A DNA stretch of 53,415 bases, the filler included, from Trypethelium eluteriae (Eukaryota), in the NCBI GenBank assembly GCA_051942245.1. It is 3 parts of 3 records of this genome, joined end to end, with 100 filler letters (N's around TTAATTAATTAA, not from the genome) between each part and the next. Parts side by side here need not be neighbours in the genome. Positions count along the whole stretch, not along the records: positions 35,765 to 53,415 come from JAVECL010000584.1; 2 more parts are not named here. One strand, written 5' to 3'. The first letter of the stretch is position 1, and every line of letters starts with the position of its first letter. A program made the translations under genes and the position numbers. Under the pieces are notes generated by a model that had not been told where the DNA came from, searched no databases, and saw only the letters and a program-made list of their open reading frames with translations. Shown here piece by piece: positions 44,201-53,415 of the stretch.

Positions 44201-45148
44201 GTCAGCACGCCCCTTCGTAGCACCGAAAACGGCATCGTCGACCAAGTCGTGCTCACCACAAACACCGAAGGTCTCAAATTCGTCAAAGTCCGCACCCGTA
44301 CCACCAAGGTCCCGCAAATCGGCGACAAATTCGCCTCCCGCCACGGCCAAAAGGGCACGATTGGCATCACCTACCGGCAAGAGGACATGCCCTTCACAAG
44401 CCAAGGCATCACGCCCGACCTGATCATCAACCCGCACGCCATCCCCTCGCGCATGACCATCGCGCACTTGGTCGAGTGCCTGCTCAGCAAGCTTGGCTCG
44501 CTCAACGGCAACGAGGGTGACGCCACCCCCTTCTCCCCCATCACCGTCTCCGACATCTCCACCTACCTCCGCGACCACGGCTTCCAGTCCCGCGGCTTCG
44601 AGGTCATGTACAACGGCCACACGGGGCGCAAGCTCCGCGCCCAGATCTTCTTCGGCCCGACCTACTATCAGCGTCTGCGCCACATGGTCGATGATAAGAT
44701 CCACGCGCGTGCGCGAGGCCCGGTGCAGATTCTCACGAGGCAGCCCGTGGAGGGGAGGGCGAGAGATGGCGGGTTGCGGTTTGGAGAGATGGAGCGGGAT
44801 TGTATGATCAGTCACGGTGCGAGCGCCTTCTTGAAGGAGCGGCTCTTTGAGGTGTCGGATGCGTTCCGCGTGCATGTGTGTGAGATCTGTGGGCTGATGA
44901 CACCGATCGCGTAAGTGCAAGCGTTTTGATTCCATTTCTTAGCCGGCTTTTCGTTTTGGTGACATTGTGCTGACTTGATGGACAGGAATCTTAAAAAGAA
45001 GCAGTTCGAGTGTCGGCCCTGCAAGAATAAGACGAAGATCGCCCAGGTACACATGCCCTATGCCATGAAGCTGCTCTTCCAAGAGCTTGGTGCTATGAAT
45101 ATTGCGGCAAGGATGTTTACGAATAAGAGTGGCGTCACTGTGCGTTGA
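41297..45148 (+). CDS. RPB2: RNA polymerase II second-largest subunit; exons 41297-44910, 44986-45148
   Basis: [60 protein letters not shown]-terminal zinc ribbon CEICG..CRPC. Intron 44911-44985. Confidence 0.99.
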
Positions 45149-46298
45149 GAGGTTTGCGCCCAAGTTTTTTCAATTACTCTCAGTCAGGTCGCTTGATAGA
45201 AGGGCCCGGGGTTCTCTGCTGTTCTCCCCTAACGGGCTTTCTCAGCTTTTGACTGTTCATTGTTGTGTGCATTTCATGGCGTTCTCGATCCTTCGTATTG
45301 GGCGGGCTGCTCAAATTGGCCGGTGCATAGCCTGATGGAGGTGGATAGGGCCAACGGATAGGCGCAATTTCATTGAATCAAAGCCGTGTACAAGTAGATT
45401 GGTGACAAGCATGAGCGCTAGCCGCAGATGTTATAAAACATTATATATCTGAATTTTGAAACGCGCGATGTATCTCATCGACGAAGGGGGTCTTACCAAG
45501 AGTCAGAGTGGCTTTGGTTCTCGCGTCCCTTTGCAGGTGACGATTTCATAATTGGGATAAGCAATGGATATCACCTGCTTTGTATCACCGCAATGATCCT
45601 CAGGCGCGGCTGCAGGACTGGTATGAGTTCGGCGGTGTCAATGGATTTATATTTACGTAAATGGGTCCAGCCTGGCACGGGAGTCGGCATAGCGTATGCT
45701 GATCAGACAAGGTAAGACATCTACAAGCTGCTTGTTCTCGTGCTATATAGGTACAGATTTGAGGAGCTGACTGGAACCAGCTCTTCATAAAACATATACC
45801 TTCACCGTCTAAAAAGACCTAAGGAGAGGCAGATATCTAGGCCTGCGTTTCCAACCAAGACCCCCTTTTAATCACCCCTTCTAGCCCTTATGCGAGTGTA
45901 CAATGCGCAGATACGAAGTCCAATGAAACGAAACGAACAATATATTGCGATGGTCCTCCAAGCAGGCGACAGTAATGACAGAACCCAGCGGGTAAGACAA
46001 CGAGTAGCGACTTCAAACACAGATCTCTTGGAGAAACCAGACACCATAGCGCTATGCAAGCCTTCCATTCTCGAGTGGAACGCGTCATGCTCCGGGTTTA
46101 CCCTCATGACGAGAGGTGCTGTAGGACCTGTATGACCATGCACAGGGCATGGATCGAAAAACGATACCTCCGAAAGATGACAAATACACAGTAGACCGAA
46201 AGTGCTGGTAGATTATCGAATATTCCATTAGTTGCAGTGCTTGTATTGCACCGCCATGCAACTAGACCATACTTTGCGCAAAGGACACATTAGCATGT

Positions 46299-48132
46299 TT
46301 AGTACCTGTTTTCCAAGTCTTCAACCGTATCTCGTTGCACACCGCCGGCAAACCGATCCCCGCGAGGGTCTTCAGCATTCGACTCACACCTGGCCGGAGG
46401 CTGATGCAGGGGTGCATACTTCTGACCACTGACAAGTGTTCCGCTTGAACCGGCATCCTGGTCGGCACTGTCACTTTTGGAGCCGGTGTCCGTGCTGTAG
46501 CTATAAAGTGTTGTTGTTGGTGGAGGAGAGGTCGATCGGCTGAACAAGGTATCGTGCGAAGATGGCATAGCTGGAAGTGCCGAAGAGAATGAAGGTGCTG
46601 AGCGACTAAGATTTAAGGACCCGAGTGATGCATACGAATTTGATGGGCATGAAGAGCTATAATTGAAGGATGGCACGTTCGAAGCCGTGGGCCCTTCATT
46701 ATCGGCTATTCCCAAGGTGACATAACCCATAGGGGTAATGTTAGCATTTGGGACATCACCAATCGGAATAGTGGCTCCAGATGATAGAGACGGTCTTGAT
46801 ACGGGCGGAGGCATGAGAGTGCTTACGAGATGATTATTCAGGGAGCTTCTGCGACTTTCGGGCCCAGAGCTCGAGCCCATCCAGTTAGTGCCACTGGTAT
46901 TCCTGTACATTGGACTGGCATTCACAGCGCCCAAGTTGGGATTACTATCATGAGATGATAAACGAGCGCAGACATCAGTCTGCTCGCTATTCGACTTGAC
47001 TGCAGGAGCAGCGCTACTATTAGATGAGATGCTCTGGTTCCGAGTTGGCATCGGCAACTGGCGGCGCGCTTCAAGCGATGTTGGGTTCGGTAATGGTAAA
47101 CAAGAATGAAGGGATGTCATATTTAACGACGACACTCCTTCGCATGTCACGCTGGAAACGCGGCCACCAGGATGCTGCCCGTATGAGATTGAACCGTGCG
47201 AATGTGGATCCTTATCGAAGTATCCAGGCTGATTGGGGTTCATCCATTGGCTCATTCCGGTCCAATTTCGGGTTGTTTCTTGGGCTCCATAGAAATGCCC
47301 TCCTGGCTCCTGAACATGTGGAGGACCATATGAGGGTCTTTGAAGGTTTAGTGTGTCAATTGATGGCTCCTCCGTGTATGCCCAAGCGTAAGCCGGTGAG
47401 TTTGTCGTCTTTACAGACAGTGCTTGTCCGTAGGCTTTGGGATAGCTGACATGCGCTCCTGGCGAGAGCACAGTATTCATGGCAGACGTTGGGCTTGGCA
47501 GGTCAGAACCATAATAATTGCTTGGAACACTCGAATTGCTGCACGGTATGCACTGCGTCGCGAATTCAAGAGTCTCTGAATTGACCTTTCTCGAGGATTA
47601 GCCATTTGTCACAAGTTTCTCCAGTGTACCAATCCACGTACCCTATTGAATTGGCAGTTCACCAGGTCAGCCCCGGCTGAGCGGCAATTTTGACATCCAC
47701 TTCCATCCCCCGGGTCACCGCTACACCTTATCTTGCGTTTTCGACAGCGACCGCACTAGAGAAGTCTTGTAAGTTTCTCATCACATCGCAAGTGACTTGA
47801 GCTCCGTAATGAAGACAAATGGAATAGGCCAGTCTCTCACGCTCGGACCCACAATAACCAGTAGACGTGGAGGCAGAGATCTCACAACTCACAGCAACGG
47901 GTATGCGCTTTCTTGGATTGCCCGTACTCGTTTCATTTTCATGCCTTTGTTCAGGCATCGCTCGTAATCCTGCCCTATTGCTGGACACCGGTGCGGCGCG
48001 AGCAGTCTGGCGAGAGCCGTGATCCATTGTTATTGGCGAATTTCGATGATAAGAATAGTGAGAAGCAGAGTTGTAGCGAGAAGTGTGGTATGATGGGTTT
48101 GGCTCCTCTCCTGCAAAATGTGTGCGAGTCAT
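46299..48132 (-). CDS. Zn(II)2Cys6 transcription factor with low-complexity C-terminus; exons 48132(or 48027)-47893, 47755-47642, 47585-46299
   Basis: Splicing gives RKRIPVA-CGRCRKRKIRCSGDPGDGSGCQNCRSAGADLVNCQFNR-VNSE, in frame with the 393-aa Ser/Pro-rich ORF. Introns 47892-47756 and 47641-47586 (AAG acceptor). Confidence 0.88.
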
Positions 48133-51100
48133 AGTTTGTTCATTCGGCCAGGATGAATCAAGTGTCGTTATTGAAAAGCAGGAGGATGGATGAGAGGCGT
48201 ATGAATGATAGGGACCTGCAAGGTACCATGAAATCAGTCGTACCAGTTTCCCTCCTTGGAGGAGGGGATTGCGCCGAGACGTATTGTGGATCCAGTCTCA
48301 GAGCCAAACTACCTTAATAGGCTGGTGTCGAATTAGCTCTTGAGACAAAATAATTGGGTCTCTCTTGATACCGTCCTCCGACTCTGATAAGCTCTTTTTG
48401 GCATGAATATTTGGAAGGCGTGTAGCCTGTAGAGTTTCTCGATGTTTCTCGTGAAATGACAGAGGGCTCAATGGAGGTTGCTTGCTGTTCCATGGAGTCG
48501 CAACTCGGAGCTCATTGATGGGCTCACTTGGTTCATCGGCGTTGAGGGAAGAATTGGTAATTGCTTTGGTACTCATCAACAAGCACTTATGCAGATCCGC
48601 TTGCGGATCGCGGATAGGAACGCTATCAAGTCCAACAGCTCGTGTGGAGCGTTAGTGGAGACAGCGGTCAGCTGCAGATAGCGTCGAGCACGACAGGGCG
48701 TCGATCGCTGGCTTCAAAGGCTCGAGCATCAGGCTTCTGCATGACGAAATGGCAATCTATGGCCAGATCAAATGTGAAACGTAGTACTACGTTGAATCTT
48801 ACACGAACATGTTAATACCTGCAATCATCTCCCGACACGAAGCTGGTCAAAATGACGGAGTGCTTATCCCAAAAGATCCAAACATCTAGAACTTAGGCGG
48901 CGGCCATAGAAAGATCCTTGACCTACTACGAATTGGGTCAGTGGGATGGTCAGTGATGGAATTTTGGTGAAGACGGCTCACATTACCTTGCGAATATTGG
49001 CGGCCGTTTGACGACGACAAGGCAATACGAGCCTCTTGAAGGACCCAAGACCAGTCCGGGGGAATATTGCGTTTGCCTGAGGCGTCACACAGTCGGTACG
49101 CCTGGCTCAGGGCCTGGGATACAACACACTGATTGTACTGAGTAACGTGTGGTAAGCGATACCAATGAAACTTGATGGCAAGCAAACAAGACACAGACGT
49201 TTCTTGGGATTAAGGAGTATTTGGAAGCTTGAGTTGTGGGGGTATCTTCAATAAGTGGGATATCATCCCGGCTAAGTGTCACCCAATCCCAACCAATCGA
49301 CACTGGCAACGAGTTCTTCTTCTCATATCCGCTGAGAAGAGACTGCAATACTTTGCCTTACTCTCATCAAGACAAGCACACAGACGGCTGGCAACGCAGG
49401 GTTCCCCCAGCTCCCAGAACCTGTTATTCAAAGCAAACATTCACCTGAACATAAGCAACTTTAGTCTAGTAGCTCCAACATTGGAGTGTCCAACATCATT
49501 AGCCTGTCTTGGCACGGTACATCTCGGGGCGCATACGCATGCATAACTGATTGGTCCAACGGCAGCGCCAATCTATGCCATTCACGTCGAGATCATGACC
49601 AAGGTCAAGAGGACCACCTGGAATCCTAGTTGAAGTCAGAAAAGTAAAGTATACTGAGAGCAAGCTTGCTACGCAGCCGTATGGTGGTATGTATCTGTCT
49701 TATGGAATGCAGTCCTCTGTTAAAGATTTGGGGGCAGCAATCCATGCGGTAAGCTCGTAGTCACATACAAGGGGGCTAGGGAAGTTCGCTGAACGTCTTG
49801 GCCAAAGCGTCGTCGATGCACAAGCACGACAACGTGCTCGTACTCACTACGAATATATGGCAGCTGCTCGTGTTCCCTTTGAACGGTAGTCCACGGGTGA
49901 GGTGACTCCCGGTCGGAGCGGCTGGTGCGCAAAAATCGGTGCCCACTTACTACCTGGATTATTGACGTTTTAGCTAGTGTCGCCTTGCTGAAGAATGAAA
50001 CCAGCTCACCTCTGTCTGGAATATCAGTATTTGGAAAAGATGACTTAGCGCTGCTCGTACGTCATGAAAACAAACATCCATGTTACCAACGGGACACCGC
50101 GCAGGGCCACGAGCACGGCCTGAAACTTGTTTTAGGCATGCGTTCGGATGAACCGCTGGTGTTGCCCACGAATCACTCTCAGATGGAGATTACCAAACTT
50201 ATGACCGAGCAATACGAAGTATGATTTGTTACTGCAGGGGAGCAAGAACAAACCTTCCAGTGGGGCGAGTCATTTGATAGTCTCAGAGAATTACCGAGAG
50301 CCGTGGATCTTTGGTTCATGCATGGAAAAGGAACCAAGTATTCCATGGACAGAATTTACCGCGGATTTTGGGTGGCCAGGCACCGTAGGAGTGACAGAAG
50401 GTCCCGTGACTTTTGCAATTTGAGAAAGTCACCAAATATTTTTCGAAATACACGAACAAAATGTTGCAAAACATCCGTGGGGAGGATTAGGAGAGAAGAT
50501 CAAGACACCACAGTTCGCATTTGTACGCGGATGGAACGCGGGCCGGGCATACAACGATTCATGCAGGTAGCCGTTGCAGCGTGCTACCTTCGTCTGGCTG
50601 CAACATTTTGCAAGGAAGATTTATTATCGTCTGCCTCATGTGGAAATCTGAAGGAAGCTGCAGTCTGTGCCAGCTAGCATGCATAAACAGTGACTTGACT
50701 GAGGAAGCTCAAATGCTGTAACGTTGAATTATCCTTGGAACAGATGTGCGCATACGACCGCATCAGGGCGCAGGCACGGTAACAGAATCCTGAAGCATCC
50801 ATGGCAGATCATGTCTGATTTTAATTCACTCGAGCGAATGGCACTCACTTTTTCCTGTCAGGCATCTAAATTCGTTCTTGGTGCGAGAAGTTATCACCTC
50901 CTGAGAAGCAGAGGTTCGTATCGCGACAGCAACCCCTTCGCTTGGAGGCAGCTGGATGTAAATGGTATCGCTCAAGCAGGTACCAGCCCTGTAGGTCATG
51001 AAGTAGCAATTCAAATTAGCAAGGCTTGTTGGGGGGCAAGGTAAAAATTTGATGGAGTGATTAAAACTGTACATGGACGAGAAACATGCCCAGTCACGTG

Positions 51101-51315
51101 TCGTTTCCTCTTTCCAGAGTCCGAGGTTCTGCCGAAGCGCATGCTTTGAACTGCAGGGCCTGAGTACTCCGGGGTATGGGGATATTGATGGAGGTGGACA
51201 GCCAGATCTTCGCTTTTTAAACCTCATATCTAATCAGAGCTCTACATATTGTCGCCGTATTGCAGCGTGTGCCGCGCTTCTGGCCCCGAGCCCTCTATTT
51301 CCACTTGCCACAAAC

Positions 51316-52689
51316 ATGTCTGCCCAGCTTGAAACTTCTCTGGGCGACATTGTCATCGACCTATTTCCTGAATACGCTCCCAAGTCTTGCCAAAACTTCA
51401 TTAAGCTTTGCAAAATGAAGTACTACAATTTCGCTCCTTTCTACCACGTCCAACCAAATTTCTCTTGCCAAACAGGTGATCCCATCGGCCCCGACTCGAA
51501 AGATAGCGATGGAGGCACTTCCATATGGGGACTACTTGGTGGACCATCTGACAGGCTGTTCAAGGCAGAAATGAATCCAAAGCTCAAACATGCTAAGCAG
51601 GGGACGGTCAGTATGGCAACAACACCGGCACCAAACGATCCTGACGTCCTGCTAGCTGGTAGCCAATTCTACATCACTCTTGGCGACAATGCCAACAGGC
51701 TCGATGGGAAAGCCGCCATCTTCGGTGAAGTAGTTGAAGGATTCGATGTCTTGGAGAAGATCAACAGTTGTTTTCTTGACATGGATACGGGAAGGCCGCT
51801 GAAAGATATACGAATACTGCACACTCAAATCATTGATGACCCATTCGAAGATCCTGTGGGCCTCCAAACCCCGACTGGAAGCCCTGTCCCGACAGCGGCG
51901 CAACTATCGACACAGCGAATTGCGCACGACGAAAATGTCGGGGAGAATGTAGACCAGGAAAGTTTGGAGAAGCTCAGAAGAGAACGTGAGGCTCGTGCAC
52001 AAGCACTGACTCTCGAAATGGTTGGAGATTTGCCCTTTGCGGAAGTAAAGCCACCCGAGAACGTCTTGTTTGTCTGCAAATTGAATCCAGTAACCCCGGA
52101 CAGCGATCTGGAGACAATGTTTTCCCGGTTCGGCACAATACTCTCATGTGAAATAATACGGGACAAGAAGACTGGTGACAGCCTACAGTATGCATTTATT
52201 GAGTTCGAGAACCAAGAAGATTGCGAGCGAGCCTACACCAAAATGGACAATGTTCTTATTGATGACCAGCGGATTCACGTCGACTTCTCCCAAAGCGTTT
52301 CGAAACTATCTGGTGCTTGGCGAGACTCAATGAATTCGAAGCGCGCACAGAAAGCCGGTTTTGGCGGTATTGCTGACTTGGAGAAGCGGAAGCAGTATCG
52401 AGCAGAGTCAGATAGGGGCGGCGATCGAGTGAACGGATATGGAATGGTCTTCGATAAGGAATCCAAGGACCGCTATCGAAATGAACCTCGGCAGCAGAAG
52501 CATGACCGCGATCGAGACGACCGTGATCGCCGGCGAGATGGCGTAAGGAAGCGTGAATATCACGACGACTACTACGACAGACGGAGGCACAGAGACAGAA
52601 GTCGCGACCAAAGACATAACATTCATCCCAGTAATCGAAGTAGAAGCCGGAGTCCAAGAAGGGATGACTATCGCAGCCGCAGGAGATAA
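51316..52689 (+). CDS. PPIL4: Cyclophilin-RRM protein PPIL4 (Cyp6/Rct1-like) with Arg/Asp/Ser-rich tail
   Basis: [72 protein letters not shown] tail. Likely start is the ATG at 51316. Confidence 0.92.
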   Translation: MSAQLETSLGDIVIDLFPEYAPKSCQNFIKLCKMKYYNFAPFYHVQPNFSCQTGDPIGPDSKDSDGGTSIWGLLGGPSDRLFKAEMNPKLKHAKQGTVSMATTPAPNDPDVLLAGSQFYITLGDNANRLDGKAAIFGEVVEGFDVLEKINSCFLDMDTGRPLKDIRILHTQIIDDPFEDPVGLQTPTGSPVPTAAQLSTQRIAHDENVGENVDQESLEKLRREREARAQALTLEMVGDLPFAEVKPPENVLFVCKLNPVTPDSDLETMFSRFGTILSCEIIRDKKTGDSLQYAFIEFENQEDCERAYTKMDNVLIDDQRIHVDFSQSVSKLSGAWRDSMNSKRAQKAGFGGIADLEKRKQYRAESDRGGDRVNGYGMVFDKESKDRYRNEPRQQKHDRDRDDRDRRRDGVRKREYHDDYYDRRRHRDRSRDQRHNIHPSNRSRSRSPRRDDYRSRRR

Positions 52690-53098
52690 TTGAGCAGAGG
52701 GGCAGCAATTTTTGCAATGCTCCAGAGGCTTCTAATGATATAAGTAGACGATGACAAGAATTCAAATTAGCTTAAAGCGCTCATTTCTAGTACATACCAA
52801 TGTTTAGACATTGCAGTTTTCATGGCAACCACCGAGTATTGCCAGCATTGTCCTAATTTAATGTTGTCTAATATTCTGTTAGTATACCGACAGCATGCAT
52901 GCAGAGGCTGGCGCGAATGATCTAGAATAATTTGACCGACGGTCATCCTAAAATAACGTCCTCAGTGGATTTCCTCGATATACTGAACTACAGCGATGCT
53001 TCAACAGTTGTTTTGAATCGCATTATTTTGTATGGATCTTCTTAGGGCCTCCAAACGATATTCTGCGCTGACTATCGCGTGCGCATTGACGGTGTATG

Positions 53099-53415
53099 TT
53101 ATAAGAAAGTCATGAGAGTGCTCAGCATCTCCTTGACGCTTTGAGCCTCTTCATCATCTTCTTCCATTCCATCGACCTGCTCCTGTAACGTCTTTTTCAC
53201 GTCTTGTAGCGCTTCATCCCTTTCCGCCAGAAGCGTCACAATGCGCTGTCTCGCGCCATCATCCTCCGCCACCAACCACGCCAGCACTACATCCACAGTC
53301 TGCAAACAATATAACCCTGCATCCAATCTCCGACTCAACCACTCATCCGACCTATCCTGCTTCTCCTCTCTACTCAACCCCCTCCCCTCCTCCTCAATCT
53401 TCCTCTCCACACGCC
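53099..53415 (-). CDS. CTNNBL1: Beta-catenin-like protein 1 (spliceosome-associated), 3' end only
   Basis: EWLSRRLDAGLYCLQTVDVVLAWL matches the conserved CTNNBL1 C-terminus. Truncated by the window end. Confidence 0.8.
   Translation of the reverse strand, partial: RVERKIEEEGRGLSREEKQDRSDEWLSRRLDAGLYCLQTVDVVLAWLVAEDDGARQRIVTLLAERDEALQDVKKTLQEQVDGMEEDDEEAQSVKEMLSTLMTFL

Noticed and set aside
43925..44935. 336-aa antisense ORF over the RPB2 3' region
   Set aside because: Shadow ORF produced by the extreme third-position bias of the skew island; no recognisable motifs.
48778..48793. Perfect 16-bp palindrome AACGTAGTACTACGTT
   Set aside because: About 0.8 such palindromes are expected by chance in 53 kb (53415/4^8); no supporting context.
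51073..51315. 81-aa N-terminal extension of PPIL4 in the ORF track
   Set aside because: Family similarity begins at [10 protein letters not shown] (ATG 51316, good context CAAACATG); the upstream stretch is not protein-like.
1..53415. tRNA, rRNA, snRNA, CRISPR array or intact transposase/retroelement
   Set aside because: No matching motifs or regular repeat-spacer structure seen by eye; a covariance-model scan could still find small RNAs.

Overview
Eukaryotic (filamentous ascomycete, Pezizomycotina, probably Dothideomycete-like) nuclear DNA. It consists of three separate contigs (1-17845, 17946-35664, 35765-53415; 17845/17719/17651 nt visible) joined by artificial N44-TTAATTAATTAA-N44 linkers, so gene order across the linkers means nothing. 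About 20 protein genes, most with spliceosomal introns, were reconstructed by hand. Contig 1: Egt2-like C-S lyase (partial), rhodanese, TBC Rab-GAP, PfkB/MAK32-like protein, PPR protein (Cya5-like), SRP68, and a PhyH dioxygenase + Zn2Cys6 TF + MFS transporter trio. Contig 2: a ~5 kb gene-poor, possibly decayed region, an 882-aa protein with an intron-hidden Yippee/Mis18-like zinc domain, REX1-like exonuclease, a frameshifted EthD gene and a Rad53/Chk2-like kinase (partial). Contig 3: PAF-acetylhydrolase-family 3' end, a degenerate LOV/PAS protein, L-arabinitol dehydrogenase, RPB2, a Zn2Cys6 TF, PPIL4 and the CTNNBL1 3' end. No tRNA, rRNA, CRISPR array or intact transposon was recognised. The most unusual signals are (i) repeated sharp C/A-to-G/T strand-skew flips at synonymous sites inside genes, whose flanks coincide with the assembly breaks, (ii) a pseudo-LOV protein of apparent RGS-LOV ancestry, (iii) the Mis18-like multidomain protein and (iv) the orphan dioxygenase cluster. 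All family calls come from motif recognition by eye, not from database searches.
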